A stretch of DNA of 36,768 bases from Thermoproteaceae archaeon (GTDB taxonomy: Archaea; Thermoproteota; Thermoprotei; Thermoproteales; Thermoproteaceae). The stretch spans positions 1-36,768 of the forward strand of contig JAJHRB010000006.1 of assembly GCA_020833025.1 (NCBI GenBank). The letters run 5' to 3'. Numbering within the stretch: position 1 is the first letter of the stretch; the number at the start of each line of letters is the position of its first letter. Under the pieces are notes generated by a model. It made no database searches, was not told where the DNA came from, and saw nothing but the letters and a program-made list of their open reading frames with translations. The translations under genes were made by a program, and so were the position numbers. This document shows, one piece after another, positions 18,455-27,563 of the stretch.

Positions 18455-19156
18455 GTGACCCACCAGATTGTGGCGAGGGCTGTTGCGGACGGGCGCAGCA
18501 AGCTCCGCGAGGACGAGGCGCTAGCGCTCCTGAGGGCGTACGGAATACCGGTACCGGATTTCACGATCGCCGAGAGCGAGGAGGGCGCCGTCAAGGCAGC
18601 CGACCAGATAGGCTATCCGGTCGCCGTGAAGGTAATATCGCCGCAGATAGTTCACAAGACCGACGTGGGCGGGGTGGTTCTAAACGTCGCTGACGCGCAG
18701 GGAGTTAGGGAGGCCTTCAGAAGACTGCTGGAAGGCGTGAAAACGAAAGCGCCGTACGCGGACGTGGAGGGAGTGCTCGTGCAGAAGATGGTGCCCAGGG
18801 GCGTGGAGCTAATAATCGGCGCGGTCTACGACGAGATTTTCGGGCACTTAATTGCATTCGGGCTCGGCGGGATTTACACTGAGCTGCTTAGAGACTTCAC
18901 TATGCGCGTCGCCCCAATTGACGAGCACGATGCGTGGGAGATGGTGCGCGAAGTGCGCGCGTATCGCCTCCTCACGGGCTTTCGCGGGATGCCCCCGCGC
19001 GACATAGATGCTATTGTGGACGTGCTGATTAAGTTCTCGCGGCTAGTAACGGAGAACCCGGAGATACGGGAGGCAGACTTGAACCCCGTCATCGCGCTCG
19101 AGGAGGGAAGGGGGGCCTACGTCGTTGATGCGAGGTTTATACTTCGCCCGTCCTGA
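18455..19156 (+). CDS. acdB: ADP-forming acyl/acetyl-CoA synthetase beta subunit (ATP-grasp)
   Basis: GYPVAVK, HKTDVGGV, VQKM, ELIIG, FGLGGI and DLNP motifs. Confidence 0.92.
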   Translation: MTHQIVARAVADGRSKLREDEALALLRAYGIPVPDFTIAESEEGAVKAADQIGYPVAVKVISPQIVHKTDVGGVVLNVADAQGVREAFRRLLEGVKTKAPYADVEGVLVQKMVPRGVELIIGAVYDEIFGHLIAFGLGGIYTELLRDFTMRVAPIDEHDAWEMVREVRAYRLLTGFRGMPPRDIDAIVDVLIKFSRLVTENPEIREADLNPVIALEEGRGAYVVDARFILRPS

Positions 19157-19255
19157 TCTCTGGCGCCCCGCGCGGCACGGCTCGGCTCACCGCCGAGAGG
19201 GATCTGTCGCATACTATCCTTTTCTGCGGTGGGGAGCCCTGGCAGAACTTAAAGG

Positions 19256-19343
19256 TGGTGGGCCCGGGGGGATTTGAACCCCCGACGTCCGCCCGCGCAG
19301 CGGCCTACGGGTCTGGAGCCACGACGCCCCGCGGCAGGCCCGC
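19256..19343 (-). tRNA. 3' half (nt 31-76) of tRNA-Trp(CCA) with a 45/46 intron and a 24-nt GC-rich leader; 5' half absent from the window
   Basis: Minus strand: leader GCGGGCCTGCCGCGGGGC-GTCG-TG | G-CTCCAGA-CCCGT-AG [intron 19287-19304] GTC-GGGGG-TTCAAAT-CCCCC-CGGGCCC-ACCA; TATA-like motif 23-30 nt upstream. Confidence 0.75.
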
Positions 19344-19410
19344 TTCTTTTCATTTGCTGCTGCAATTTTATGCTTTTCGCCGCTCGCGCGAGAGAAGTCT
19401 GCCGGGCAGG

Positions 19411-19463
19411 GAGTCGGCCAGCCAGCCGTCATGCGTCCGCCGCGAGCTGCAGCACCACCAGCC
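19411..19463 (-). repeat. Decayed duplicate of the C/D sRNA at 20851-20907
   Basis: 19427-19463 matches 20871-20907 at 36/37 nt; the mismatch hits the C box (GTGGTG vs GTGATG), the D guide is shortened and the D box reads CCGA. Confidence 0.7.
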
Positions 19464-19570
19464 GCCCCTCTGGCAGAAATCTGAAAAAGAACGCGAGAAA
19501 AAACATAAAAAGAATAGAAAGAGGGTGGGGTGGAGCATAATGCATATGTGCGCGCCAGCACACGAGCTGC

Positions 19571-20587
19571 ATGGACCGCCTGAAGGTGTATATTCTCGGT
19601 GCAACGGGCCTCGTGGGCCAGAGGTACGTCCAGCTGCTGGCGAGACACCCGTGGTTTGAGATCGCTGGCATGGCGGCATCCGAGAGGAGCGCGGGCAAGA
19701 CGCTCCTCCAGGCCGGCTGGATTCTGGAAGAGCCGCCCCCGCCGGAGATAGCCGAGATGGGAATAGAGAAGCTTGACGTGGACAGGGTGCCGCGCGTCGA
19801 CTTTATATTCTCGGCGCTCCCGAGCGAGGTCGCCGCCAGAGTTGAGCCTCAGCTGGCGGCGCGGGGGCATACAGTGCTCTCAAATGCCAGCAACATGAGG
19901 CTCGACCCCGACGTTCCGCTGGTAGTGCCCGAGATAAACCCCGAGGATCTAAAACTGCTTGAGAGACAGAGAGCAGAGAGGGGGTGGAGCGGCGGCGTGG
20001 TCAAGAAGCCGAACTGCACCACCACTATACTGAACCTCTCGCTGAAGCCCATTCTCGACGAGTGGGGCATAGAGAGAATTCACGTCGTCACAATGCAAGC
20101 CCTCAGCGGGGCCGGATACCGCGGAGTGCCCAGTGTCGCGATAATTGACAACGCAATTCCATACATCAAGGGCGAGGAGGAGAAAGTGGTGCTCGAGACG
20201 AGGAGGGTCCTCAAGGCGGATTTCGAGATTTACGTCACGACGACGCGCGTCCCGGTGCTCGACGGCCACCTGGAGGCTGTTTACGTGGACACGAAGAAAG
20301 ACTTTGACGTCAGTGCCGTCGTGAGCGCGCTCTCGAGGTTTAAGGGACTCCCGCAGGAGCTTAAATTGCCGTCGGCGCCGGAGAGACCTATAGAGGTCAG
20401 GAGCGAGATAGACAGGCCCCAGCCGAGACTCGATAGGTGGGCCGGCAGAGGCATGGCGGTGGTCGTTGGCAGAGTGAGAAAGCTGGCGCCGAGAAAGCTC
20501 GCGTTTGTCGTGTTGGGACACAATACAGTAAGGGGAGCGGCTGGTAACTCGATCCTGGCGGCAGAGTTGATGGTGAAGATGAAGTAG
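19571..20587 (+). CDS. asd: Aspartate-semialdehyde dehydrogenase
   Basis: [22 protein letters not shown] (catalytic Cys), [16 protein letters not shown] and [10 protein letters not shown] motifs. Confidence 0.96.
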   Translation: MDRLKVYILGATGLVGQRYVQLLARHPWFEIAGMAASERSAGKTLLQAGWILEEPPPPEIAEMGIEKLDVDRVPRVDFIFSALPSEVAARVEPQLAARGHTVLSNASNMRLDPDVPLVVPEINPEDLKLLERQRAERGWSGGVVKKPNCTTTILNLSLKPILDEWGIERIHVVTMQALSGAGYRGVPSVAIIDNAIPYIKGEEEKVVLETRRVLKADFEIYVTTTRVPVLDGHLEAVYVDTKKDFDVSAVVSALSRFKGLPQELKLPSAPERPIEVRSEIDRPQPRLDRWAGRGMAVVVGRVRKLAPRKLAFVVLGHNTVRGAAGNSILAAELMVKMK

Positions 20588-20588
20588 C

Positions 20589-20675
20589 CCTGCAGTCCCT
20601 CCTCTGAGATTTGTATTTCCGCGAGCTGTCTCCCGCGCCCTGTCGGCACGTAGTTTTCAATCCCTCCTGAGATCC
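20589..20675 (-). CRISPR. Possible degenerate mini-array (repeat, 41-nt spacer, repeat)
   Basis: CCTGCAGTCCCTCCTCTGAGATTT (20589-20612) and TTTTCAATCCCTCCTGAGATCC (20654-20675) resemble each other and, as recalled, the Pyrobaculum-type repeat CTTTCAATCCTCTTTTTGAGATTC. No cas genes in the window. Confidence 0.4.
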
Positions 20676-20850
20676 GCCCCCTGGCGCTTCCCACTCGCGC
20701 CTTTAAACTCCAGCCCGAGCTCTGACGCTTGCAAAGATATGCGCGGGGTCGGATCAAGGCATTCTTGATATTAAACAAGGGAAATGACTGGAAGAAAGAC
20801 CGGCAAGACTGCTGCGAGACAGATTCTGGGTCGGCGGGTGGGGCGCGAGA

Positions 20851-20907
20851 CGTCAGCCAGTATGCCCTGTCGTCATGCGTCCGCCGCGAGCTGCAGCATC
20901 ACCAGCC
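20851..20907 (-). ncRNA. C/D-box methylation guide sRNA
   Basis: GGCTG-GTGATGC(C)-TGCAGCTCGCGG-CGGA(D')-CGC-ATGACGA(C')-CAGGGCATACTGG-CTGA(D), with 12-13 nt guides; TTAAAT TATA about 20-25 nt upstream. Confidence 0.75.
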
Positions 20908-21010
20908 TGCAGTGCTCCTGCACCATTTAAGCCATTTACGGGCAGAAGCCTGCCTCTCGCGGCGGGGGCGCCGATCAGCATTAATCAAGCACTACTGCTC
21001 CTGACTCTCC

Positions 21011-21559
21011 GTGAGTGGGGAGGCAAGAGCGCTGTTCATCGGGCGCTTCCAGCCACTTCACTGGGGTCACGTGAAGGTGGTCGAGTGGCTGCTCTCTCAA
21101 CACGACGAGGTTGTGGTGGCCATAGGCTCTGCCGACAGGGCACTAACTTTTGAGAATCCCTTCACGCCGGGAGAGCGCGTGGAGATGTTCTTGCGACACT
21201 TCGGCCGGAATTGCCGCCTGGTGTACTGCACCGTTCCGGACACGGGCAGCTCCGCGAGTCTCTGGGGTGCGTACTTACGGCACTGGTGCCCGCGGCACCA
21301 CGCGATTTACTCGAACAATCCCTGGGTCGCCGCGGCGCTCTCCTACTGGGGCGTGAAAGTGAGGGGCCACCCGCAGTTCGGGAGTTACTCCGCAACTACA
21401 GTGCGGCTGCTGATGGCGAGGGGCGACGAGAGGTGGAGAGAGCTCGTGCCGTCTGCCGTTGCGGCGTACATAGAGGAGATACATGGCGTCGAGAGAATGC
21501 GTGCGCTCTATGCCACGGAGGGCTCTGGGCTCAGTGACTCCCGCGGCACGCTTTTATAA
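21011..21559 (+). CDS. nadM: Nicotinamide-nucleotide adenylyltransferase
   Basis: [30 protein letters not shown] and WRELVP motifs. Confidence 0.92.
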   Translation: MSGEARALFIGRFQPLHWGHVKVVEWLLSQHDEVVVAIGSADRALTFENPFTPGERVEMFLRHFGRNCRLVYCTVPDTGSSASLWGAYLRHWCPRHHAIYSNNPWVAAALSYWGVKVRGHPQFGSYSATTVRLLMARGDERWRELVPSAVAAYIEEIHGVERMRALYATEGSGLSDSRGTLL

Positions 21560-21578
21560 CCGGGCGGTTTGCGCGCGC

Positions 21579-21737
21579 GTGGGCGAGGAGAGAAAGATCT
21601 ACACGTGCATGAGGTGCGGCAAGACTTTCTCGAAACCTGAAATGGAAATACTTCCTGGCATCAGGTGCCCGTACTGTAACTTCAAAATTATCATGAAGGT
21701 CAGGAGTCCGGCTGTCAAGAGGGTACAGGCAATTTGA
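21579..21737 (+). CDS. rpoP: RNA polymerase subunit Rpo12 (P)
   Basis: From GTG 21579: [17 protein letters not shown]...[25 protein letters not shown]; TTTTATAA about 20-27 nt upstream. Confidence 0.95.
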   Translation: MGEERKIYTCMRCGKTFSKPEMEILPGIRCPYCNFKIIMKVRSPAVKRVQAI

Positions 21738-21759
21738 GGTGTCGCTGTAGAGCCCCTGC

Positions 21760-21783
21760 CTTTCAATCCTTCTTTCAAGACTC
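21760..21783 (-). repeat. Solitary CRISPR-repeat-like 24-mer
   Basis: Minus strand GAGTCTTGAAAGAAGGATTGAAAG; 19/24 identity by eye to the recalled repeat GAATCTCAAAAAGAGGATTGAAAG, with an intact ATTGAAAG end. Confidence 0.45.
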
Positions 21784-21967
21784 CTGGTTCTTTTTGACGC
21801 CTTTCTCCGCGCCCTTTCAGGTGCCTGCCCTGACTGCAGGATTGCGCCTCGGCAAACTCGCCCGGCGCTGCGCGCTGCCCGGCATTGCGCGAGTCCGGCA
21901 GGCCGCGCCAGGTGCCAGATGCCCGGCGTTATGGGCACTGCTTATAAACCGCCGCGCGCGCGCGTCA

Positions 21968-23332
21968 GTGTACAAGGTGCGCATTCGCGGCATCTTCGCC
22001 ACAGCGCTTACGAAGCTCGCTCTTGACTGGGGCTTTAAGATCGTCCAGCCAACAGCGCAAGTACTGAGCCGGTTCGGCTTAGAGCCGGACTACTCGCCGC
22101 CAGACTTGACGGTGAAGGATCACGAGTCAAAAAGCGGCGTGGTACTGGTGGGCGAGTGCGGCGCAGTGGAGCTCTTTCTCGAGAGACTGAGGGAGCGCGC
22201 CGACGCAATTGTGACCAGAGCCGCCGCTAGGTATCACGAGGTCTTCGTTGGGAGTGCAGTTAGAGAGGGCAGAGTTGAGGCGCCGGACAAAATCACGCTG
22301 AGAGTGCCCGGGAATTATGTCGTGCAGCCAGGGAGCGTCGGGATATTTACTGTGGTCAAACCGCCAGTGGGGCCTTTGGAGGGAGTGGCCGTGCCAGAAA
22401 TAATAGTTGAGGGAAATCTTGTCGAACTCAACACCACGGGGAGAGTTACCTTCAGCGCGCACATACCGGAGCACGAGAGGCTGAGGCTCAGAATTCTGGC
22501 AGGGACGCGCCTGAGGAATTACGCGAACATGGGCCTCCACTTTAAGTCGTCTGCCCGCTACGCGGACGACGAGTCGATAGCCAGAGAGGCAGAACAGCTC
22601 TACCAGGAGATGTTAAGGATTTCGCAAGGAGGCCCCCCGGGGACAGTGTTGAGGCACGGCAAGTGCGTTGCGCTTGCGCTGTTCGACAAGTACTCAAAAG
22701 AGAGGCTCGACGAGGCTAGGGCAGCTGTAGTAGTAACAATCCGCGGCCATCACGCGCTCAGGGCGCAGGAGCTCGGCGAGTGTCTGGACATTCTCGATCA
22801 CGCCGCGGTCTCTACTGACATCTACGACAGAGTTGCCGAGTACCTCGCGCGCGGGGACGTCACAATATATCACATCAAGCCGTGGGGCGAGGTAATAAAG
22901 ATGGGCGGACGGGCTATTAAAAGGGCAGGAGACGTCCTGGTAGTAAGGCGGGCGCTAAAGCCGGGCGGCACGCTGGACGGTCTCGGCATAAAGATTGAGA
23001 GAGGGTTTTACGCCCTCACTTGTATTCCTAAAAATGCAAACTACATCGTGCACAGTTACTACACGGCAGAGGGCAAGAATGTAGGAACGTATGTCAATCT
23101 GAATACGACGCCGGAGTGGGGGCGCTACATAATTTACATCGATCTCCTCGCCGATAAAGTTTACGGCGAGAGTGGGGCTGAGATGGTGCTTGACACGCAA
23201 GAGCTCAGCAAGCACGTCGACGTGCTCCCCGAGAGACTTAGAGATCCGTTGCGGTTTGCACCCCTGCGGAGAGTCCTCTGCACGGAGAATGGGCTTGTCG
23301 AGGCGCCTCCCGCGCAGGGCGCGGGAGGCTGA
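21968..23332 (+). CDS. fau-1: Probable ribonuclease FAU-1 (RNA-binding AU-1, DUF402)
   Basis: Start GTG 21968 (MYKVRIRGIFATALTKL) behind TTATAAA; GHH motif; C-terminal HSYY...GTYVNLNTTPE...YIDL DUF402 pattern. Confidence 0.85.
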   Translation: MYKVRIRGIFATALTKLALDWGFKIVQPTAQVLSRFGLEPDYSPPDLTVKDHESKSGVVLVGECGAVELFLERLRERADAIVTRAAARYHEVFVGSAVREGRVEAPDKITLRVPGNYVVQPGSVGIFTVVKPPVGPLEGVAVPEIIVEGNLVELNTTGRVTFSAHIPEHERLRLRILAGTRLRNYANMGLHFKSSARYADDESIAREAEQLYQEMLRISQGGPPGTVLRHGKCVALALFDKYSKERLDEARAAVVVTIRGHHALRAQELGECLDILDHAAVSTDIYDRVAEYLARGDVTIYHIKPWGEVIKMGGRAIKRAGDVLVVRRALKPGGTLDGLGIKIERGFYALTCIPKNANYIVHSYYTAEGKNVGTYVNLNTTPEWGRYIIYIDLLADKVYGESGAEMVLDTQELSKHVDVLPERLRDPLRFAPLRRVLCTENGLVEAPPAQGAGG

Positions 23333-23360
23333 GCGGGAGCGCGGGGCAGTACCGGCGCGG

Positions 23361-24272
23361 CTAGGGCGGGCTCAGGCCGGCGTAATACAGCGCGCCGTGA
23401 GTGGGAGAGGCAATCTTGACCTCGGCCTTAATGCCCTCCTCGGCGTACGCCCTTTCTATTGCCGCTCTCACCGCGTCGCTGTGCTTGTCGTCTACGAGAG
23501 CTATCACCGAGGGGCCCGCGCCGGATATCGTGACGGCGTGGGCGCCCGCCTCGAGCGCGTACATCTTAACCCTGGCGTACCCGCGAATATACGGCGCCCT
23601 GAGGGGCTCAATGACGTCATCTCTCATGCCGAGCGCGACGAGCCTGTAGTCAGACGTCGCGAGGCCGATTACAAGTGCGGAGACCCTCGCGAGCTGGGTC
23701 ACGTATGCCCTGAATGCAACCTCCCTCGGCAGGAGCTCACGCATTACTCTCGTCTTCTCGCGCAGCGGCGGGACGTCCGGAACCCCGACGGCGAACAGCA
23801 GGCGGGGGAAGAAGTGAGAGACCTCTAGCGGCTGAGTCGACAAGACAATCGCGGCGCCGCCGAGCGCCGCTGCGGCAACGTTATCGAAGTGGGGACTCCC
23901 TGCTGCTGCCGCCTCTCCCAAGCCCGCCGCCTCGATGATCGCCTGCGGGCTCGCGCTCACGCCCGCCTCCCTCACGAACGCAGCGAGCGCCGCAACCGCC
24001 GTGGCGCCGCTGCTGCCGAGACCGCGCGCCACCGGAATTTTGTTGTTAACGGCGGCCTCGACGCCCCAGCACCTGCCTAGTATCTCAAACAGTCTCTCAA
24101 ACGCGCGCGTGACAGTGTTGTCAGAGCCGGGGTCGTACCCCTGAAATTTGACGTGCACGCCGCACCCGCTCCCGACGTTCACGTAAGCGTCCGCGAAGTA
24201 GGCATCGTGCGCGACAGCGACGACGTCAAACCCGGAGCCCAAATTCGCGCTGGTTGAGGGGGCTCTCACCAC
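23361..24272 (-). CDS. thrB: Homoserine kinase
   Basis: [24 protein letters not shown] (GHMP), HFDNVA and ISGAGPS motifs. Confidence 0.95.
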   Translation of the reverse strand: MVRAPSTSANLGSGFDVVAVAHDAYFADAYVNVGSGCGVHVKFQGYDPGSDNTVTRAFERLFEILGRCWGVEAAVNNKIPVARGLGSSGATAVAALAAFVREAGVSASPQAIIEAAGLGEAAAAGSPHFDNVAAAALGGAAIVLSTQPLEVSHFFPRLLFAVGVPDVPPLREKTRVMRELLPREVAFRAYVTQLARVSALVIGLATSDYRLVALGMRDDVIEPLRAPYIRGYARVKMYALEAGAHAVTISGAGPSVIALVDDKHSDAVRAAIERAYAEEGIKAEVKIASPTHGALYYAGLSPP

Positions 24273-24337
24273 CCAGTGCCTCTGCAGGCACTTTTAGCAC
24301 TTGCGGGCAGGGCCGGCACAGGCATTCAGCCTAATGC

Positions 24338-25654
24338 CTATCCTCGAGCGCCACGCCGGAGGATCCCGCGCATTAAGAGCAGCCCGAGGAGCAGCCAGAG
24401 CGCGAGAATCCAAATGTATCTCAGCTTCTCGATTACCGTCAGCATGAGTCCTGTGGATATCAGCACCACGCCGAGCGCCGCAGAGAGCGGGATTCCGGCA
24501 ATGAGCGGTGTTCTGAACGCAGCGTAGAGAGCGCGCGCCCTCGAAATTCTCGCAAGCGACAGCGCGACGAGTAGGTAATTCACGAGAGACCCCACGGCAT
24601 AAACTGCTATTATGAGCTCAACGCCCCCGGTCACTATGAACGCAAAAGATATGAAATACGCCGTAAGTAACGACACGTAGGGAGTTCTAAAGCGCCGCTG
24701 GAGCTGCCGGAAGACGGGATTTAGCAAATGCCTCTCCGCCAGCATGTACAGCAGCCTTGAGAAGGATAGATAGCCCGCGAGCGATGCCAGAGTCATTACT
24801 AGCGACAAGTCGGCCGCGACGAGGTGCGCCATGACGCCGTGAACCTCTTTCGCTAGGTACAGCGGCACCAAGGCGGGGTCTTTGGCAATCGCGTCATGCT
24901 TCAGCGCCGACATCACTGCCGCGGTGAGCCCGAGCCCAAGCGCCGCGCACGTTATTGCAATGGCTACAGCCGCTCGCGGAATCTGCACAAGCGGGCTTTT
25001 GGCCTCGCCAGCAAGCTGTCCAAGCACGTCAATGCCCGTAAACCCGCGGGACAGGAGGGACAGCGCAAAAAGGAAGTTAGTGGCGCCGACGCCGGCCCAG
25101 TTAAAGTACGGCGGGCTTGCAGGATGCCGCAAGAGGGCTAGCGCTATCAGCGCGAGCATTACTGAGAAATCTACAGTTGCGACGGCTCTGGCGACTGCCG
25201 CGCTCTCTTTAACACCAGCCAGCGCGAGTGTAAAAAGCGCCGTGCTCAGCGCAACTGCAATAGGAATCTCGCAGTACTCGCATCCCGTAGTGTCGCCTAT
25301 TATCTTCGCCGCGCAGACGGCTCCGTAGGCGACCATCAGTATCTGGTCGAGGGCCAGCAGCCATGCGGATATGTAGGCGGCAAGGGCGCTGAAGCCGCTG
25401 TAAACGTACAAGTAGGACCCGCCAGTCTCGGGGTACCGCGACCCCATCTCGCCGTACGCCAGAGTAATTGCCGCCATCAGCACAATGCCATAAAGCGCCC
25501 CGAGGAATGTATACTCTCCGGCGTACAGCGCAATGAATCCAACCAGGAAGTAATAGGTGCTCTGAATGTCGGGGTATGCAAGCGCGTAAATGTCGAGCGT
25601 GTTAAGCCTGCGCCTCAGCCACTGTTTAGACGTGTCTGCCCGCGTTGCGGTCAT
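24338..25654 (-). CDS. APC-family amino acid permease
   Basis: Multi-TM protein; YGEMGSRYPETGGSYLYV, GFTGIDV and FRTPYVS motifs. Confidence 0.88.
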   Translation of the reverse strand: MTATRADTSKQWLRRRLNTLDIYALAYPDIQSTYYFLVGFIALYAGEYTFLGALYGIVLMAAITLAYGEMGSRYPETGGSYLYVYSGFSALAAYISAWLLALDQILMVAYGAVCAAKIIGDTTGCEYCEIPIAVALSTALFTLALAGVKESAAVARAVATVDFSVMLALIALALLRHPASPPYFNWAGVGATNFLFALSLLSRGFTGIDVLGQLAGEAKSPLVQIPRAAVAIAITCAALGLGLTAAVMSALKHDAIAKDPALVPLYLAKEVHGVMAHLVAADLSLVMTLASLAGYLSFSRLLYMLAERHLLNPVFRQLQRRFRTPYVSLLTAYFISFAFIVTGGVELIIAVYAVGSLVNYLLVALSLARISRARALYAAFRTPLIAGIPLSAALGVVLISTGLMLTVIEKLRYIWILALWLLLGLLLMRGILRRGARG

Positions 25655-25710
25655 TTACAGCAGCCCCCACTCTGGCGCGCTTTTTAAAATGATGCGAGCG
25701 CCACCGGCCG

Positions 25711-26733
25711 ATGGAGCCTTTGTCGCTTATTGCCAACGTCCTGGGATGCCTTTACCTGGCATTAATATCCATCGGCGCGCTGGCGCGGCGGAATTCCCCG
25801 AAAGCACCCCCGGCCGCCAACTACCTCATTGTTGTCGTCACAGTGGGCACAGAGAGAGTGCTCCCGGCGCTGCGCGAGACCGTCGCGCAGCTCAGGCGTC
25901 TTGGACTCAAATTTGTAATACTGTCATCGACACCGCTTGAACTTCCTAATGTCTTGCTAATTCCAAGAGAGGAGGACGGGAGCAAGTACCGGGTAATTAA
26001 ATGGTTTGTCGTCAACTACGTGAGGCGGGACGCGTGGTACATATTCCTCGACGACGACTCCTACCCCCTCGACGCAGAGTTCCTGAAAGACATAACGTAT
26101 TACGGCGCTAGAGGCTGTGTTGCCGGCAACGGCATACTGGTGCCTAGGCCTAGCCGCTCAAGGCTCGCCTACGCGCTCGACTGGGCGAGGTACTTTAACG
26201 ACTTGACGCTATACAGATTCGCGCTCGAGATGCTCAGGAAGCCCATTTTTGGCATGCACGGCGAGTTGTTAATAGTTAGGGGCGACGTGCTTCACGAGAT
26301 CTGGCCCGCCATGGGGGAGAGCATTACAGAGGACTTCCGCTTTGCGATGGAGCTCGTGAGGCGCGGCTACAAGACGTTCCAGAGCCGCACCAGGGTGTCC
26401 GTCAAGAGCCCTAACACGCTCCGCGATTTTATGATGCAGAGAATGAGGTGGGCAGGCGCATTTTACGACGCGCTTAAGTATCGAAACCCCGTACCGGCGG
26501 TGGTTCTCATCATTTCGGTCGCAATGCTTGTAATGGGGCCCGCGGTAACAATACACGGACCCAGCGCGCTGCTGGCGGTCTCCGCCGTCTACCTGGCAGT
26601 CTACGCCTACGGGAGTTTAAAGGCGAGACGCCCTCTTCTCGACGTTCTCATGCTGTCGCCGATAGAGGCTCTGGCGCTTCTCGCGGGCATCATCTTCAGG
26701 CAGAGGCGTTTTTACGTGATAGATAAAACATGA
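25711..26733 (+). CDS. Membrane GT2-family glycosyltransferase
   Basis: FLDDDS (DxD), GMHGE, ITEDF and QRMRW motifs; N- and C-terminal TM helices. Confidence 0.88.
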   Translation: MEPLSLIANVLGCLYLALISIGALARRNSPKAPPAANYLIVVVTVGTERVLPALRETVAQLRRLGLKFVILSSTPLELPNVLLIPREEDGSKYRVIKWFVVNYVRRDAWYIFLDDDSYPLDAEFLKDITYYGARGCVAGNGILVPRPSRSRLAYALDWARYFNDLTLYRFALEMLRKPIFGMHGELLIVRGDVLHEIWPAMGESITEDFRFAMELVRRGYKTFQSRTRVSVKSPNTLRDFMMQRMRWAGAFYDALKYRNPVPAVVLIISVAMLVMGPAVTIHGPSALLAVSAVYLAVYAYGSLKARRPLLDVLMLSPIEALALLAGIIFRQRRFYVIDKT

Positions 26734-26842
26734 GCCGCCCGGATGCCACCCCCGGGCTCCGCTGGAGGCACTAACCCCGGCAGCGGGAGCTCGCCTCGGA
26801 CGGAGGGGGCCATAAAATTAATTTAGCTGACACGCAGGGTGC

Positions 26843-27550
26843 ATGCGCATACCGCTGTGGGTTGAGGCCTCGAGGCTCAGGGTGTTAGTGCTTGGCGGGG
26901 GCTCTGTCGGCACTAGGAGGGCAAAGTACTTTCATGAGGCAGGGGCAAGGGTGAGAGTTATAGCGAGGGAGGTGACCAAAGAGCTGGAGGCGCTCGGAGT
27001 GGAAATAAAGCGGGCCGACCTCCGCGAGCACGACCCCTCAGAGGATATTAGGTGGGCAGACGTGGTCGTTATCGCAGTCGACGACTCGGCACTCGCGCTG
27101 AAACTATTCCGGCAGGCAGAGGCTGCGGGAAAGCTTGTGAATGACGCCACCGACGCGAGCCGGACTCACGTCATTGTGCCGTACGAGCGGGTTGTTGCTG
27201 GGTTGAGAATTGCGGTCACTAGCGAGGGCGCTGCCGGCGCTCCTGCGCGCCTATCGCTCGACGTAATAGAAAACTGTATAAGAAAGAGCTGGGTGCCGTT
27301 ATTTTATGAAATCTATAAGGAGCTCAAGAGAGAGGCCAAAAGCAGGCTGAATGATGCAAAGGTGAGAATGCAATTTTACAGGGAGCTGTGCGAGGACGAG
27401 GAGTTTACGAGGTTAATAAAGAGCGGGAATAGAGATGCGGCACTTGCGCGAGGTCTCGAGCTCTTAAACTTGATCGCAGGCGCCGCGAGGGGCTGCAAGG
27501 CCCCTAACTCCCACTGCTCTCCGGGGGCCGGAGCCCCGAGACGCCGCTAG
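26843..27550 (+). CDS. sirC: Precorrin-2 dehydrogenase / sirohydrochlorin ferrochelatase (SirC/CysG-N/Met8-like)
   Basis: VLVLGGGSVGTRRA Rossmann motif, LVNDATD, IAVTSEG. Confidence 0.88.
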   Translation: MRIPLWVEASRLRVLVLGGGSVGTRRAKYFHEAGARVRVIAREVTKELEALGVEIKRADLREHDPSEDIRWADVVVIAVDDSALALKLFRQAEAAGKLVNDATDASRTHVIVPYERVVAGLRIAVTSEGAAGAPARLSLDVIENCIRKSWVPLFYEIYKELKREAKSRLNDAKVRMQFYRELCEDEEFTRLIKSGNRDAALARGLELLNLIAGAARGCKAPNSHCSPGAGAPRRR

Positions 27551-27563
27551 GCCTCCCGGGAGC

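Noticed and set aside
19160-19255. Permuted tRNA-Trp (5' half downstream of the 3' half)
   Set aside because: The sequence downstream of CCA on the minus strand contains no acceptor or D-arm sequence.
19476-19500. GAAATCTGAAAAAGA, resembling the 5' part of the CRISPR repeat in the opposite orientation
   Set aside because: About 14/24 identity, no ATTGAAAG end, and it sits in a purine-rich tract better explained as terminator/promoter sequence.
19256-20907. Integrated virus or plasmid with the tRNA-Trp 3' end as att site
   Set aside because: No integrase or mobile genes nearby and the flanks are housekeeping genes. It remains an alternative only if an intact tRNA-Trp exists elsewhere.
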